DNA of 64,000 bases from Balanoglossus misakiensis (Eukaryota; Animalia; Hemichordata): positions 18,275,028 to 18,339,027 of the forward strand of contig CM082576.2 of assembly GCA_040954595.2 (NCBI GenBank). The letters run 5' to 3'. The position numbers and the translations under genes are program-made. A model generated the notes under the pieces. The model was not told the DNA's origin, did not search any database, and saw only the letters and a list, made by a program, of their open reading frames with translations. This document shows positions 39,591-50,815 of this stretch, one piece after another; position 1 is the stretch's first letter; every line of letters begins with the position of its first letter.

Positions 39591-41500
39591 ATGGTCATGA
39601 CAGTTTGAGCAGTGCTTATGTTTTGTGTACACTACAAAATAATCCGTGCTGATTAATCCTCTGGCAACCATGCTATTTGTCACATGCTACCTGGCAGCTC
39701 AAGAAAATGGTGGTAAGTTTCATGCAAATAGGCCTGCACGTACATTGTAGGTAGTTAACAGCATCAGAAAACCTTCCTTGAGGAGGTTATAATTAAAGTG
39801 TGAGTGTCTTGGTCACCACTTGTAGAGAAAGATGTTGGTTGTTTTGGAGAGCAAATGCCAGCCACACTTAGTCATTGTTATGACAATCCCTGTCTACGAA
39901 GAGCATTTGTGCAGAGAGTTTTCCTCATGTTTGAAATTGCTGTGAGAATCTTAAACTGTTTCCTGCAAGAATTCTGTTGGAAGTAGATGACAAATTCATG
40001 CAAATACAGCTAATGTAGCTTAATGCGTTTTATTGTAAAGCATGGGGAGAATATTGAAGCATGTTATCGTTGGTAAAAAATGCAAAATGTGGCAGCTGTA
40101 CAGGTTTAATAAAATGAATAGTGACAATGCGGACATTGAATGGAAAGCGTCATGAGCGCATTGGACTGTACCATTGTCTGCTGCTATAGGTTTGAATGGG
40201 AATTAGGGTTAGGTTTTTGGTCGGAAAAGTTAGCGTTACGGTTAGGTTAGGGTTATTGAGTATGTGTTTAAAATGACTGAAGTGATTGAGTTTTATGAAT
40301 GAAGTCAAGTTTTGGCTGCGAACACCAGTAAATCTATAGCAGTATCTGCTATATTCACTGCAGGTAAACTATATTCAAATGTTAATGCTAACCATGTGTA
40401 GTAGAGAATGCTAGAGTCCTAGGCACATAATGCCGATGCACACTGTGGGTTGACCTTAGTATGAATACATTAGCTAAGTAAGGGTTTACCAAAAAGAAAT
40501 GTTGTTTACTAAATAGGAATAGAATAATTGAAATGAAATACATAGGATAAGGGACCGTTCAGTTTTTACGGCAGGGGGGGGGGGGGCTGGCAAGTTTGTG
40601 TCATCAGTTCTCAAAATCAGGCCGACCCCCCCTTCACCCAGCACAAAAAAATGATGACCCCCCCTTTGACAGACCCAAAAATATGATGACCCCCCCCCCC
40701 CCACGCTGAAAACATTCTCCGTCCTGATCCTATGTATACACTGTATGCAATAAAGGGAATGGGGCTCCTCACCCCTCAATTATAAATTTCTTAAAGTAAT
40801 TGAATTTTTTAATAATATCGTTGCAATAAAGAAATCTATGAACAAAATAAAATGACAAGTCAATACAATAGTTGCTAGAATTGGTAAAACAAGAAAAGTG
40901 GCGTGGGAGGGGGTGTCCCCCTCCCACATAAGAAAATTTTGTAAAATACGGTGCTCAAAGTTGCATTTTAATGAACTCAAAAGCAAATAAAGTCAATGTT
41001 AGGCAGGACGAATTTTGATTTTGCCACTCCACTCAAAGTAAGCATAGGGGTGGGGTGGGAATAAGTCTGCCCTGGTACACTAGACAAACCAGCGGATAAA
41101 TGATATGTTGCATAGAATGTAGGGGGTGGGTGTGGGAGGGGGTGTCCCCCTCCCACATAAGAAAATTTTGTAAAATATGTAGCTCAAAGTTGCATTTTTA
41201 TGAACTCAAAAGCAAATTCATCTCAATGTTTGGGAGGACCAATTTTATTTTTTGCCATTCCACTCAAAGTTAGAAGATTTGGCGTCATCTTCGTCATGAC
41301 ATCATTTATAAAACTTCCAATATATAGAAGATGCAGCACGAAACTATCAGTTATGCAAAATGGTTTAAAAGTTTATTCTCCTTTATGTATTAACTTTGTT
41401 AAATATTATCATCAGTGGGTTTGGGGTTGCAAGCACTCTGCCCTGGTAGAATAGTCAAACCAGCAAAAATCGATATGTTGCAAAGAATGTAGGGGGTGGG

Positions 41501-44500
41501 TGTCATGAATTCAATGCATATTCATAGTTTCGTTTGTCGCACTGCGCTTATGTCATGAATTCAATGCATATTCATAGTTTCGTTTGTCGCACTGCGCTTT
41601 TTTTGACCTGGCGTTTGCGGTCAGTGCGCAGGCGTCCGTGTAATTTTTTTTTTCTCCGTATTAAATTTGGAAGCCCACGTGTATGCGTCCCCGTGTTTTT
41701 TTTTACCCAAGCAGTTGCTGGAAGGAAGGTGGATACGACGCCCAAGTACATGTAAGTTTTGAACATGTCAATGCGTTAGTGAAAGTTGGTAGTGCGAATC
41801 TGAGGGGATATGATGATGGATTTTGATGGTAGCCGCCGTCGTGGATGAATACCGTTCCCTTTGAACCGGCTGTTCGGGAACTCTCTGTTGAGTCGCGGCT
41901 TCTCGTGACACGCAGCTTTGAATGAATATACAAACATCACTGTTTCTTCCCTGTCATTAAAATTATCGAACGTAATTGTCATTGCAAATATTTCACAGAC
42001 GGTATTTTGTCGTTTCGTTAATTACTGACAAAAGATATCAGAGCTTTCTTTTCTGACAATAAAATATCTTGAAGATCCAAAGTGTCTCTTGCTGGCAAGC
42101 AAATTTTCCTCACGCCGTGACATATGGGGGCTCGTCTGGGAGAACGGCAATTTCGTTCTAATAAATCGGCGAGGATATTTGTTTTCTTGGTGGATTTCTG
42201 AACTTGTGAAATCCACAGACGGTATAGTATTTGTAAAACTGAGCATAGTTTATTTTTATTTCCCGTAAATCCTAGTACATGTACATAAAGCAGTGACATA
42301 GAGCTTTCTACTCAGTACGTATTTCGTTTTGTTATAATTGCCTAAAATTGTAAGGCGTATATTGTCGTGACTGATCCCGGTTGATATTTCTTGGACACTG
42401 CACTTCTTGCAGGGTAGTAGACGCACAATAGCATTGTGTGAAACTATCTGGATATCAACTGGCGGGTCCGCTTCCTTGAGTCCAAATTTGTTTAATGAAA
42501 TTGGATAGTTGGTCTACTCGAAAGCTTTTCACTGTTTTATAGGTTGCAATTATATATGTATATCAGTGCTTTGTACTAGTACGCAGTTGACATTTTATTA
42601 GATATGGAAAAGTTTATTGACATTGGATCTGGGCTCGGTTTAACGGGTGAAGCGTTGTTAAATTTTGTCAAGGAGCAGCAGAATATAGAGAGAGAAGAGA
42701 GGCAGAGGGAACGTGAGTTAAAAAGGGCTGAAATTGAAAGAGAGATCGAAGAGAAGAAGATGGCGGCAGATTTAGCTGAAAGAGAGGCACACCGAAAACA
42801 TGATTTAGTTGAAAGAGAAGCGCAAAGGAAACATGAATTAGAAATGAAACGGCTTGAAGCCGGTAGTGTCGAAGGGGGGCGTCATTTTGATGCTGGTTCT
42901 GATTTGGCGAAATCTCCCAAGTTACCCGCTTTTGTTGATGGGAAGGATGAGCTAGATAGTTATTTGCTCCGTTTTGAACGCTTTGCAACTAGTAATAAGT
43001 GGGATAAGCCAAAGTGGGCATCTTTGTTAAGTGCATTGTTAACGGGTAAAGCTTTAGATGTTTATTCTAGACTGTCTGATACGGCAGCACAGAAGTATGA
43101 CGATGTTAAGGATGCTCTGTTGAAGAGATACGAATTAACAGAGGATGGCTATAGAGCCAAGTTTATGAATTTCAAACCCGAACATGGGGAAAGTTGTGAT
43201 CAATGTTTGGTCCGTTTGATGAATTATTTCCATAAGTGGATCGAGTTATCTGGTACTGTGAAAGATTTTGATAATGTATGTGAACTTATAGTCAAACAGC
43301 AGTTTATTGAAACATGCCCAAAGGACTTGGCCGTACATTTGCGTGAAAAGAACCCCAAAACTTTAGATAAAGTTGCAGATATTGCAGATCGTTACCTGCA
43401 GGCTCACGACAGACGTTTAACGTCGCTTGTAAACAATACTGATACAAAGCCTGTAACCAAAAGAGAACGCCGTCCTGCCAGTAGTGGTGGAAGCGGCATT
43501 GAAACCTCCGGTATTCAGTGTTATCGATGCAAGGGGTATGGCCATTTGTCCAAAGATTGTGCAAGTAAAATTGACCATAAAAATGTGTTTGGGGTTAAAT
43601 GCCATAACTGTGGTCGTTTGGGACATAAAGCCCAAACGTGTAGGTTTCAGACTAAGTCGGGTGAGAAACCCACTCCCAAAAGAGTAGGAGCTGCAGTGAC
43701 TAACCTTGATGCGATTCATTCCGTAAGGGGAGAGATGAGCGCCGCCTGTCTTGTAGGGCCAGAGCCTGCAACAAAGGCTGATGTGGAGTCGTGTATAAAA
43801 AATGGCGAACTTCTATTGGCTGGTGGGAAAACGATACCACTAGTTCATACTGCGTGTTTTCAGCCATTAGAAGCGAAAATGCCTACTGTAAAAGGGAAAA
43901 TTGGTAACACTGCTGTAACTGCTCTCAGAGATACTGGTTGCAGTGGTGTTGTTGTCAAGAGGGAATTTGTGAAAGATGACCAATATACAGGTAAATTTTG
44001 TTGTATGCTTATGGTTGACAACACTGCTCGCACAGTGCCTGTTGCTAAAATTCATATTGATACTCCTTATTTGACTGGCGAGGTAGAGGCACAGTGTTTG
44101 CCTGATGCTATTTATGATTTAGTAATTGGTAATGTTCCTGCAGCAAGAGCGCCAGGTGATCCTGATACAAATTGGTCAGGAAAATGCGCTGTAGTTACTA
44201 GGGCTATGGCTAAAAAGAGCGACCAGTGCAAGCCCTTGAAAGTGCCTGCTGGCAGTAAATGTCTTGATGTTTGTAAAGAGAAGTTAATTGAAATGCAACG
44301 CAGTGACTCTGCTCTTGATAAATATTGGTCATTGAATACTCCCGAGGTCAAAGGGGAACGGGAAGTAGTATTTTTGGTAAGGGGTGGTGTGTTGTACAGA
44401 CAATATACTCATCCATATTTAAATCATGGAACACCTGTGAAACAGATAATGGTTCCAAAAGCATTGCGTAATCAAGTTATGTCAGTTGCCCATGATTCTA

Positions 44501-47500
44501 TAACAGGTGGCCATATGGGGATAAAGAAAACCACAGACAGAGTATTGACAAATTTCTATTGGCCGGGTATTCATGGTGACATAACACGTTTTTGTAGATC
44601 TTGTGATATTTGCCAGAGAACCATATCTAAAGGCAAAGTCATTAAAGTTCCCCTTCAGAAAATGCCGTTGATAGATGTACCATTCAAAAGAGTAGCCGTA
44701 GATTTAGTGGGGCCCATACACCCTCCTAGTGAGAGTGGCCATAGATATATACTTACCCTTGTCGACTACGCTACTAGATATCCAGAGGCTGTGCCATTAA
44801 AGCGCATCAGCACTGAGGATGTAGCAGAAGCATTAGTTGACATGTATAGCCGACTTGGTATACCTGAAGAGATTTTACATGATATGGGGACACAATTTGT
44901 ATCAGAATGTGTGCGTGAAGTGTCCCGTTTACTTGGAATCAGGGGAATGTCGACCACACCATATCACCCGATCTGTAATGGTTTGGTCGAAAAATTCAAT
45001 GGTGTTTTAAAGTCGATGCTCAAACGTCTTTGTAGCGAACAGCCAAATCAGTGGCATCGTTACATCAACGCATTATTATTTGCATATAGGGAGGTGCCCC
45101 AAGAGTCAACTGGGTTTGCCCCATTCGAGTTGATGTACGGGAGAACAATTCGTGGGCCGATGCATATTCTTAAACAGCTTTGGACAACAAAAACTGATGA
45201 GACTGAAGTTAGAAATAGTTATCAGTATGTCTTCGAGTTGAGAGAACGTCTTGAACAGACATTGAAAATTGCCCAAGCTGAGTTGTTAAAGTCACAACAG
45301 CGGTATAAACACTATTATGACCGCGGTGCTAAAGTACGAAAATACATGCCAGGGCAGATGGTATTGGTTCTGTTGCCTACTGACAACAATAAATTGCTCA
45401 TGCAGTGGAAGGGCCCTTATAAAATCGATAGTGTTATTGGTACCAATGATTACAAGGTATACGTAAATGGGAAGTACAAGACGTATCATGCCAATTTGTT
45501 GAAAGAGTATATTCATCGAGTTGAATTAGACAGTGATAAAGCAAGTTGCTGTTTACCAGCTTTGAATGTCGCAAGTGCCGCTATAATTGAGTATGAGGAA
45601 GCATGTACTGAAGATGCTGTAGTAGGTGATGACTTGTTGGAGCTTAACACATGTCTGTCAAAGGAAACAGTAGCTGATGTGAAGTTCGGTGATAAACGTA
45701 CCCATGAGGAATTAGAATCTGCTAGGGCATTAGTAAACGAGTTTAGGCACCTATTTACTGATATACCAGGGACTACTAATATAGTCCAGCACCACATTCA
45801 TCTTACATCAGATGAGCCCATATGTTCCAGACCTTACCCAGTCCCATATAAGATAAGAGAATCTTTGAAGAACGACATACAAAGTATGTTAGAAATGGGA
45901 GTGATACGTGAATCTAGATCGCCTTATGCTTCACCAGTAGTAATAGTTCGCAAACGAGATGGCTCGAATCGTATATGTATCGATTATCGCAAACTTAACA
46001 AAGTGACCGTATTCGATCCAGAGCCAATAATGACTTCTAATGACGTACTACACGGCCTTGCTGGCGATAAGTGTTTTACAAAAATCGATCTTAGTAAGGG
46101 GTACTGGCAAGTTCCTGTTGCTGATGGGGATATACCAAAAACAGCGTTTGTTACACCAGATGGAGCGTACGAGTTCCTGAAAATGCCATTTGGTATGATG
46201 AATACAGGTGCGACTTTAGTGCGTGGGATTCGTAAAATGTTGGGTGGGATGGTCCATGTAGTTTTCTATATAGATGACATCCTCGTCCACACACGTACGT
46301 GGGCGGAGCATTTGCGTGTGCTCAGAGAGTTGTTCAAGAGAATGTCCGAAGCAGGATTTACAGCTCGACCATCCAAATGCATTGTGGGAGCTGACAGTAT
46401 TGATTTTATCGGTCACCATATCAGGGAAGGTCACGTGAGTCCATACGAAGACAACGTTGAGAGAGTTAGAAATGCACAACGTCCGAGGACGAAGAAGGAA
46501 GTAAGGTCATTTCTAGGTCTTACAGGTTTCTACAGAGAATACATTCCAAACTATGCAGCAATAGCAGTGCCATTGACAGATTTGACCAAGAAGGGATCGC
46601 CAACTAGAGTTGCATGGGGCGACGCTCAGGAGATGGCATATAAGACGCTTATCCAACGCATAACAACGAAACCGATACTGAAGTTGCCTGACCCTGATAA
46701 GCAGTATGTTCTACGTACGGATGCATCTGATGTTGGTATCGCGGCTGTATTGATGCAGGCACAGGATGGTAAACTGTTCCCCGTGAGTTTTGCCAGCAAG
46801 AAGCTGTCAGAACGTGAGAGGGGATACTCAACTATCGAGAAGGAGTGTCTTGCTATTGTCTGGGCTGTTAGGAAGTATATGATGTATTTGTATGGTACAG
46901 AGTTCGTACTGCAAACTGATCATCAACCGCTCGTGTACGTCGACCGTGCCAAGTTTATCAACGACCGCGTAATAAGATGGGCTATGTTCTTGCAGAACTA
47001 CAGATTCCGAGTTGAATCCATCAAAGGATCGGACAACCATGGTGCGGACTTCTTTAGTAGAGCAGTGTAGAACGATTGACGGTTTTGCTAAACAGCATTT
47101 GGAAATCGAGTTTCACGTTATTGAATTCGCGTTGTAGTAGCAAACTTATAAGTTAGCTTTCAAAAAGGGAGTTATGTCATGAATTCAATGCATATTCATA
47201 GTTTCGTTTGTCGCACTGCGCTTATGTCATGAATTCAATGCATATTCATAGTTTCGTTTGTCGCACTGCGCTTTTTTTGACCTGGCGTTTGCGGTCAGTG
47301 CGCAGGCGTCCGTGTAATTTTTTTTTCTCCGTATTAAATTTGGAAGCCCACGTGTATGCGTCCCCGTGTTTTTTTTTACCCAAGCAGTTGCTGGAAGGAA
47401 GGTGGATACGACGCCCAAGTACATGTAAGTTTTGAACATGTCAATGCGTTAGTGAAAGTTGGTAGTGCGAATCTGAGGGGATATGATGATGGATTTTGAT

Positions 47501-47795
47501 GGTAGCCGCCGTCGTGGATGAATACCGTTCCCTTTGAACCGGCTGTTCGGGAACTCTCTGTTGAGTCGCGGCTTCTCGTGACACGCAGCTTTGAATGAAT
47601 ATACAAACATCACTGTTTCTTCCCTGTCATTAAAATTATCGAACGTAATTGTCATTGCAAATATTTCTCAGACGGTATTTTGTCGTTTCGTTAATTACTG
47701 ACAAAAGATATCAGAGCTTTCTTTTCTGACAATAAAATATCTTGAAGATCCAAAGTGTCTCTTGCTGGCAAGCAAATTTTCCTCGCGCCGTGACA
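41501..47795 (+). mobile_element. Intact Gmr1-like Ty3/Gypsy LTR retrotransposon
   Basis: Near-identical LTRs at 41501-42122 and 47175-47795 (TGTCA...TGACA). 5-bp TSD GTGGG. PBS TGGGGGCTCGTCTGGGA (tRNA-Pro-like). PPT AAAAAGGGAG. Confidence 0.96.
42604..47070 (+). CDS. gag-pol: Gag-Pol polyprotein, order Gag(2xCCHC)-PR-INT-RT-RNaseH
   Basis: CYRCKGYGHLSKDC and CHNCGRLGHKAQTC; ALRDTGCS; HHCC plus DLVGP/HDMG/VEKFN integrase; IDLSKGYWQ and YIDD; RTDASD...EKECLA. Confidence 0.96.
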   Translation: MEKFIDIGSGLGLTGEALLNFVKEQQNIEREERQRERELKRAEIEREIEEKKMAADLAEREAHRKHDLVEREAQRKHELEMKRLEAGSVEGGRHFDAGSDLAKSPKLPAFVDGKDELDSYLLRFERFATSNKWDKPKWASLLSALLTGKALDVYSRLSDTAAQKYDDVKDALLKRYELTEDGYRAKFMNFKPEHGESCDQCLVRLMNYFHKWIELSGTVKDFDNVCELIVKQQFIETCPKDLAVHLREKNPKTLDKVADIADRYLQAHDRRLTSLVNNTDTKPVTKRERRPASSGGSGIETSGIQCYRCKGYGHLSKDCASKIDHKNVFGVKCHNCGRLGHKAQTCRFQTKSGEKPTPKRVGAAVTNLDAIHSVRGEMSAACLVGPEPATKADVESCIKNGELLLAGGKTIPLVHTACFQPLEAKMPTVKGKIGNTAVTALRDTGCSGVVVKREFVKDDQYTGKFCCMLMVDNTARTVPVAKIHIDTPYLTGEVEAQCLPDAIYDLVIGNVPAARAPGDPDTNWSGKCAVVTRAMAKKSDQCKPLKVPAGSKCLDVCKEKLIEMQRSDSALDKYWSLNTPEVKGEREVVFLVRGGVLYRQYTHPYLNHGTPVKQIMVPKALRNQVMSVAHDSITGGHMGIKKTTDRVLTNFYWPGIHGDITRFCRSCDICQRTISKGKVIKVPLQKMPLIDVPFKRVAVDLVGPIHPPSESGHRYILTLVDYATRYPEAVPLKRISTEDVAEALVDMYSRLGIPEEILHDMGTQFVSECVREVSRLLGIRGMSTTPYHPICNGLVEKFNGVLKSMLKRLCSEQPNQWHRYINALLFAYREVPQESTGFAPFELMYGRTIRGPMHILKQLWTTKTDETEVRNSYQYVFELRERLEQTLKIAQAELLKSQQRYKHYYDRGAKVRKYMPGQMVLVLLPTDNNKLLMQWKGPYKIDSVIGTNDYKVYVNGKYKTYHANLLKEYIHRVELDSDKASCCLPALNVASAAIIEYEEACTEDAVVGDDLLELNTCLSKETVADVKFGDKRTHEELESARALVNEFRHLFTDIPGTTNIVQHHIHLTSDEPICSRPYPVPYKIRESLKNDIQSMLEMGVIRESRSPYASPVVIVRKRDGSNRICIDYRKLNKVTVFDPEPIMTSNDVLHGLAGDKCFTKIDLSKGYWQVPVADGDIPKTAFVTPDGAYEFLKMPFGMMNTGATLVRGIRKMLGGMVHVVFYIDDILVHTRTWAEHLRVLRELFKRMSEAGFTARPSKCIVGADSIDFIGHHIREGHVSPYEDNVERVRNAQRPRTKKEVRSFLGLTGFYREYIPNYAAIAVPLTDLTKKGSPTRVAWGDAQEMAYKTLIQRITTKPILKLPDPDKQYVLRTDASDVGIAAVLMQAQDGKLFPVSFASKKLSERERGYSTIEKECLAIVWAVRKYMMYLYGTEFVLQTDHQPLVYVDRAKFINDRVIRWAMFLQNYRFRVESIKGSDNHGADFFSRAV

Positions 47796-48495
47796 GTGGG
47801 TGTGGGAGGGGGTGTCCCCCTCCCACATTAGAAAATTTTGTAAAATAAAGGGCGCGAAACTGCAATTTTGTGGACTCAAAAGCAAAAGTTTGGTGGCAAA
47901 AGTATGTGACCCCCCCTTAAACGTTTAAAAAAAACAGATGACCCCCCTTTTGGACTTCAAAATTCAAGTGACCCCCCCCCCCTGGATTTTGCCGGCCCCC
48001 CCCCGGCCGTAAAAACTGAACGGTCCCTAAGTATGGAAAATAATTGGTAAATATAAGTGTGGTATTATTTCTGTGGGTGTTAAGCGCATTATTGTGTAAG
48101 TGTTGACTGCTGTTTAAAACTTTTTCACTGAAGTCTGGGTGACTTCGAATTTTGGGAAATATTGCAGGATCCAAAGCAGATTTGGAACCTGAGGAAATGT
48201 TCAACAAATGGAACCAATTGTTGAATAACAATGCTTAACAATTACTTTGGTAAAAGAAAGTTGATAGTGAAACACAAATTGTGGTATTGTAGTTTGTATA
48301 ATTTTGCGGAGTCATTGTATTTTTTGAATGCCACTTTCTGTAAAATTTGATTAGTTCGGATGATTGTTTAGGGTGATTCAAGACGTGAGATTAAACAAGG
48401 CAGGCTTAGTTATATATTCATTTTAAGTTTGGGAAGTGTGGGTTTGTTAGACATTTTGAAGAATTCAAGAATACTAATGATATATAAGTACATAC

Positions 48496-48556
48496 CTCTT
48501 GTTTTTCTACGTGATGAAGTCTTGTGGGACGAGTGTGCAGAACCTTTGCTTGCCAT
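48496..48556 (-). CDS. Predicted first coding exon of the RPA-like gene (MASKGSAHSSHKTSSRRKTR)
   Basis: ACAATGG start context, 61 nt, ends in a phase-1 donor AG|GTATGT. Confidence 0.55.
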
Positions 48557-49099
48557 TGTTTTTGCAAATCGTGATTTCAAAACAGAGATTTTCAATGTTA
48601 GAATGTGAAAGTTGCAGGAAATGCGTTCTTGTATAACAAAATTGCTGCGTCATTACCACGATCATGTGATTTTCTTACTCCTTGGGTTGGTCAAGTTTAT
48701 TGTCATATATTTGGAGTGCTGGTGGTTTACACAGGGGGTGAGCTGGGCAGCGCCGACATGAACAGACATAGTATATGATTAAGTGTACGAAGATAGAGGG
48801 TCTGCTATATTGTGGCTGCCTGCTCAGTAATGGGGGCGTAAGTGGAAACAGCGCATAGTAACATTTGAGCTCAACATCAAAGCAACATTTTAGGCGATGT
48901 TCTGTAATGTGTTGATATTATACATATTAGCTGTGATACACACAGTGGCTATTGAAATTTGTGCGGGAAGAGGCTGTTTGCACTTGACGGATCCGAAAAC
49001 GAATGTGATTACGGAAATACGTCTGCAGTAGGGGTCAGCTGATTACTGGTGAGTGGAATCTGTTAACATTTCGAAGTTTTGAAAGTGGTAGTAATCGCC

Positions 49100-49555
49100 T
49101 TATCGGTGATTTTAACGAGTGGAAACCTGGGTGGTGGCGATTGTGTTGTTGTAGTTTATCTAGCGGTAGTGTGATTTTGATGATATGAGAGCCAATGTCA
49201 GTTTAATTTGAGTTATATTTCCACACGTACAGAGGCAAGTCCGATACAATATGGCGGCGACCAAGTGTTTTGCAGAGTTGCTTACGCAATAGACTTACGC
49301 AATAATTTATGCTGACATGTCTGAGTTGTAAAAGTGGTATACTATTAATGTTAATCACTTTATCGGTGATTTGGATGAGTGGATAGGTGGATGGTGACGG
49401 TTGTGTAGTTGTAGTTGATCCGGCGGTAGTGAGATTTTGATGATATAAGACGCGATGTCAGTTTTATTTTCACACGTGAACTAGGTATGTCCAATTCAAT
49501 GTGGCGGCGACCAAGAAGACCATGTATTTCGCAGAATAGCTTACGCAATAATTAA
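49100..49555. promoter_or_regulatory. Candidate bidirectional promoter between the RPA-like and RepHel genes
   Basis: Imperfect duplication offset by ~260 bp, each copy with (A/G)TGGCGGCGACCAAG (YY1-like). TTACGCAAT (bZIP-like) occurs three times. Lies between the two divergent starts. Confidence 0.35.
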
Positions 49556-49732
49556 ATTAATAATTCCGTGTGGAAAAGGAAACTGATCTGTTGGTTTATT
49601 TTGAGTGATGTATGTGTATTTTTATACTGACATGTTTGTGACTTACTACATTTGCTTCCACATTTTCCTGTTGTGGTTTATCTGAGGAAAACAATGAATA
49701 ACTTGTAATATTTTTGTCTATTCTGTTAACAG

Positions 49733-50815
49733 ATTAAGCTGAAGAGATATATCTCAGTCTCAAGGTGAGTGTTTGATATTGTTTTTGACCATGACCTGAA
49801 GGGATAAAGGATGTGGTTTTGAGCTGTTTTCAGGAATATTGTGTGATATTAAAAGTTGTTTGACACTTTAAAAATGTTGGAAATACTGGTGAAATGATGT
49901 GCCATGATTGGTGTTTATTTCAATGTGTCTTTTTCTGTAAATGAGGGGGGCATTCCTGTGTTCATCCTTTTTTTTTCTTTTGGTACATATTAGTCAGTGT
50001 GACAAAGATTTGGATTTGAATGTGTAGACATGGTTGATTAAAGTAATGCAAGTGTGATTTTGTTTGTTGTGAAATGATATTAATCTGTTGATGGTTGGCT
50101 ATGAAAGTGATATGCATCATTGTTTTTTCCCTGAGAGTTCTGTTGATTTATAATTGTATTTGTAGTTATGTAAATATTGTTAACATACAGGGAAATTCAA
50201 AGGGCAGTTTCAATTAAATTTTAACAGCTTTTTTGTGCAAGTTTCCCACAGTGTACACTTTGTGAGTATTTTCTGTATGTTTTGTTGAATCATACAAATT
50301 TTCTTAATTACGTTATCTGGTTTATTTTGCAGTTTTTGGTCACACAACATAGTTGATGGTAAGTGTTATAGATATAGCAGAAGATTTCAAGTGCATTGTA
50401 GTTTGTAGAGGTGTACTCAACATAGCTGGTCGAGAGCTTGTGTACTGTATGTATGGTGTACCAGGATTATTGGTTCTATCCTGGGACATGGTTGGAATTA
50501 AAAATGTTGCGAGACAGTTGTAATGATAATGCCCAAGTTATGGTGTAGTTTGATTTCCATGAACAGAATAGAAGTTTGGTGAGCAAAGCTGCTGTACAAC
50601 ATTTCGTCTGTGTGGCAGGATTATTGATTGTAGCATGGGAGATGGTTTTATTATTTGACAGGGTTGTATTAATGCGATTGAATGCTGAAACAAACACAAG
50701 GACAAGTAATACAATCACTGAAATGAGGAAATGATTGAAAGGTGTGGAGTATTTCATCAACAATGAGATGGTAACTTCTGTTTGGTGATGGTAATCATGT
50801 TGAAATATTTTTCAG
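49733..50815 (+). other. Predicted spliced 5' leader of the RepHel gene (mini-exons 49733-49764 and 50333-50358)
   Basis: taacAG|...AAG|GTGAGT, then ttttgcAG|...ATG|GTAAGT, then a ttttcAG acceptor directly before ATG 50816. Confidence 0.5.

Larger units (their letters stand above)
40551..48027. mobile_element. MITE (~1.2 kb, PIF/Harbinger-like) split by the Gmr1-type retrotransposon
   Basis: Perfect 22-bp TIR GGGACCGTTCAGTTTTTACGGC and 3-bp TSD TAA. Internal repeats carry a GTGGGAGGGGG-TGT-CCCCCTCCCAC palindrome. Confidence 0.85.

Noticed and set aside
41534-42299. Short ORFs duplicated at 47208-47885
   Set aside because: They are duplicated only because they lie in the LTRs, and homopolymer length differences shift their frames.
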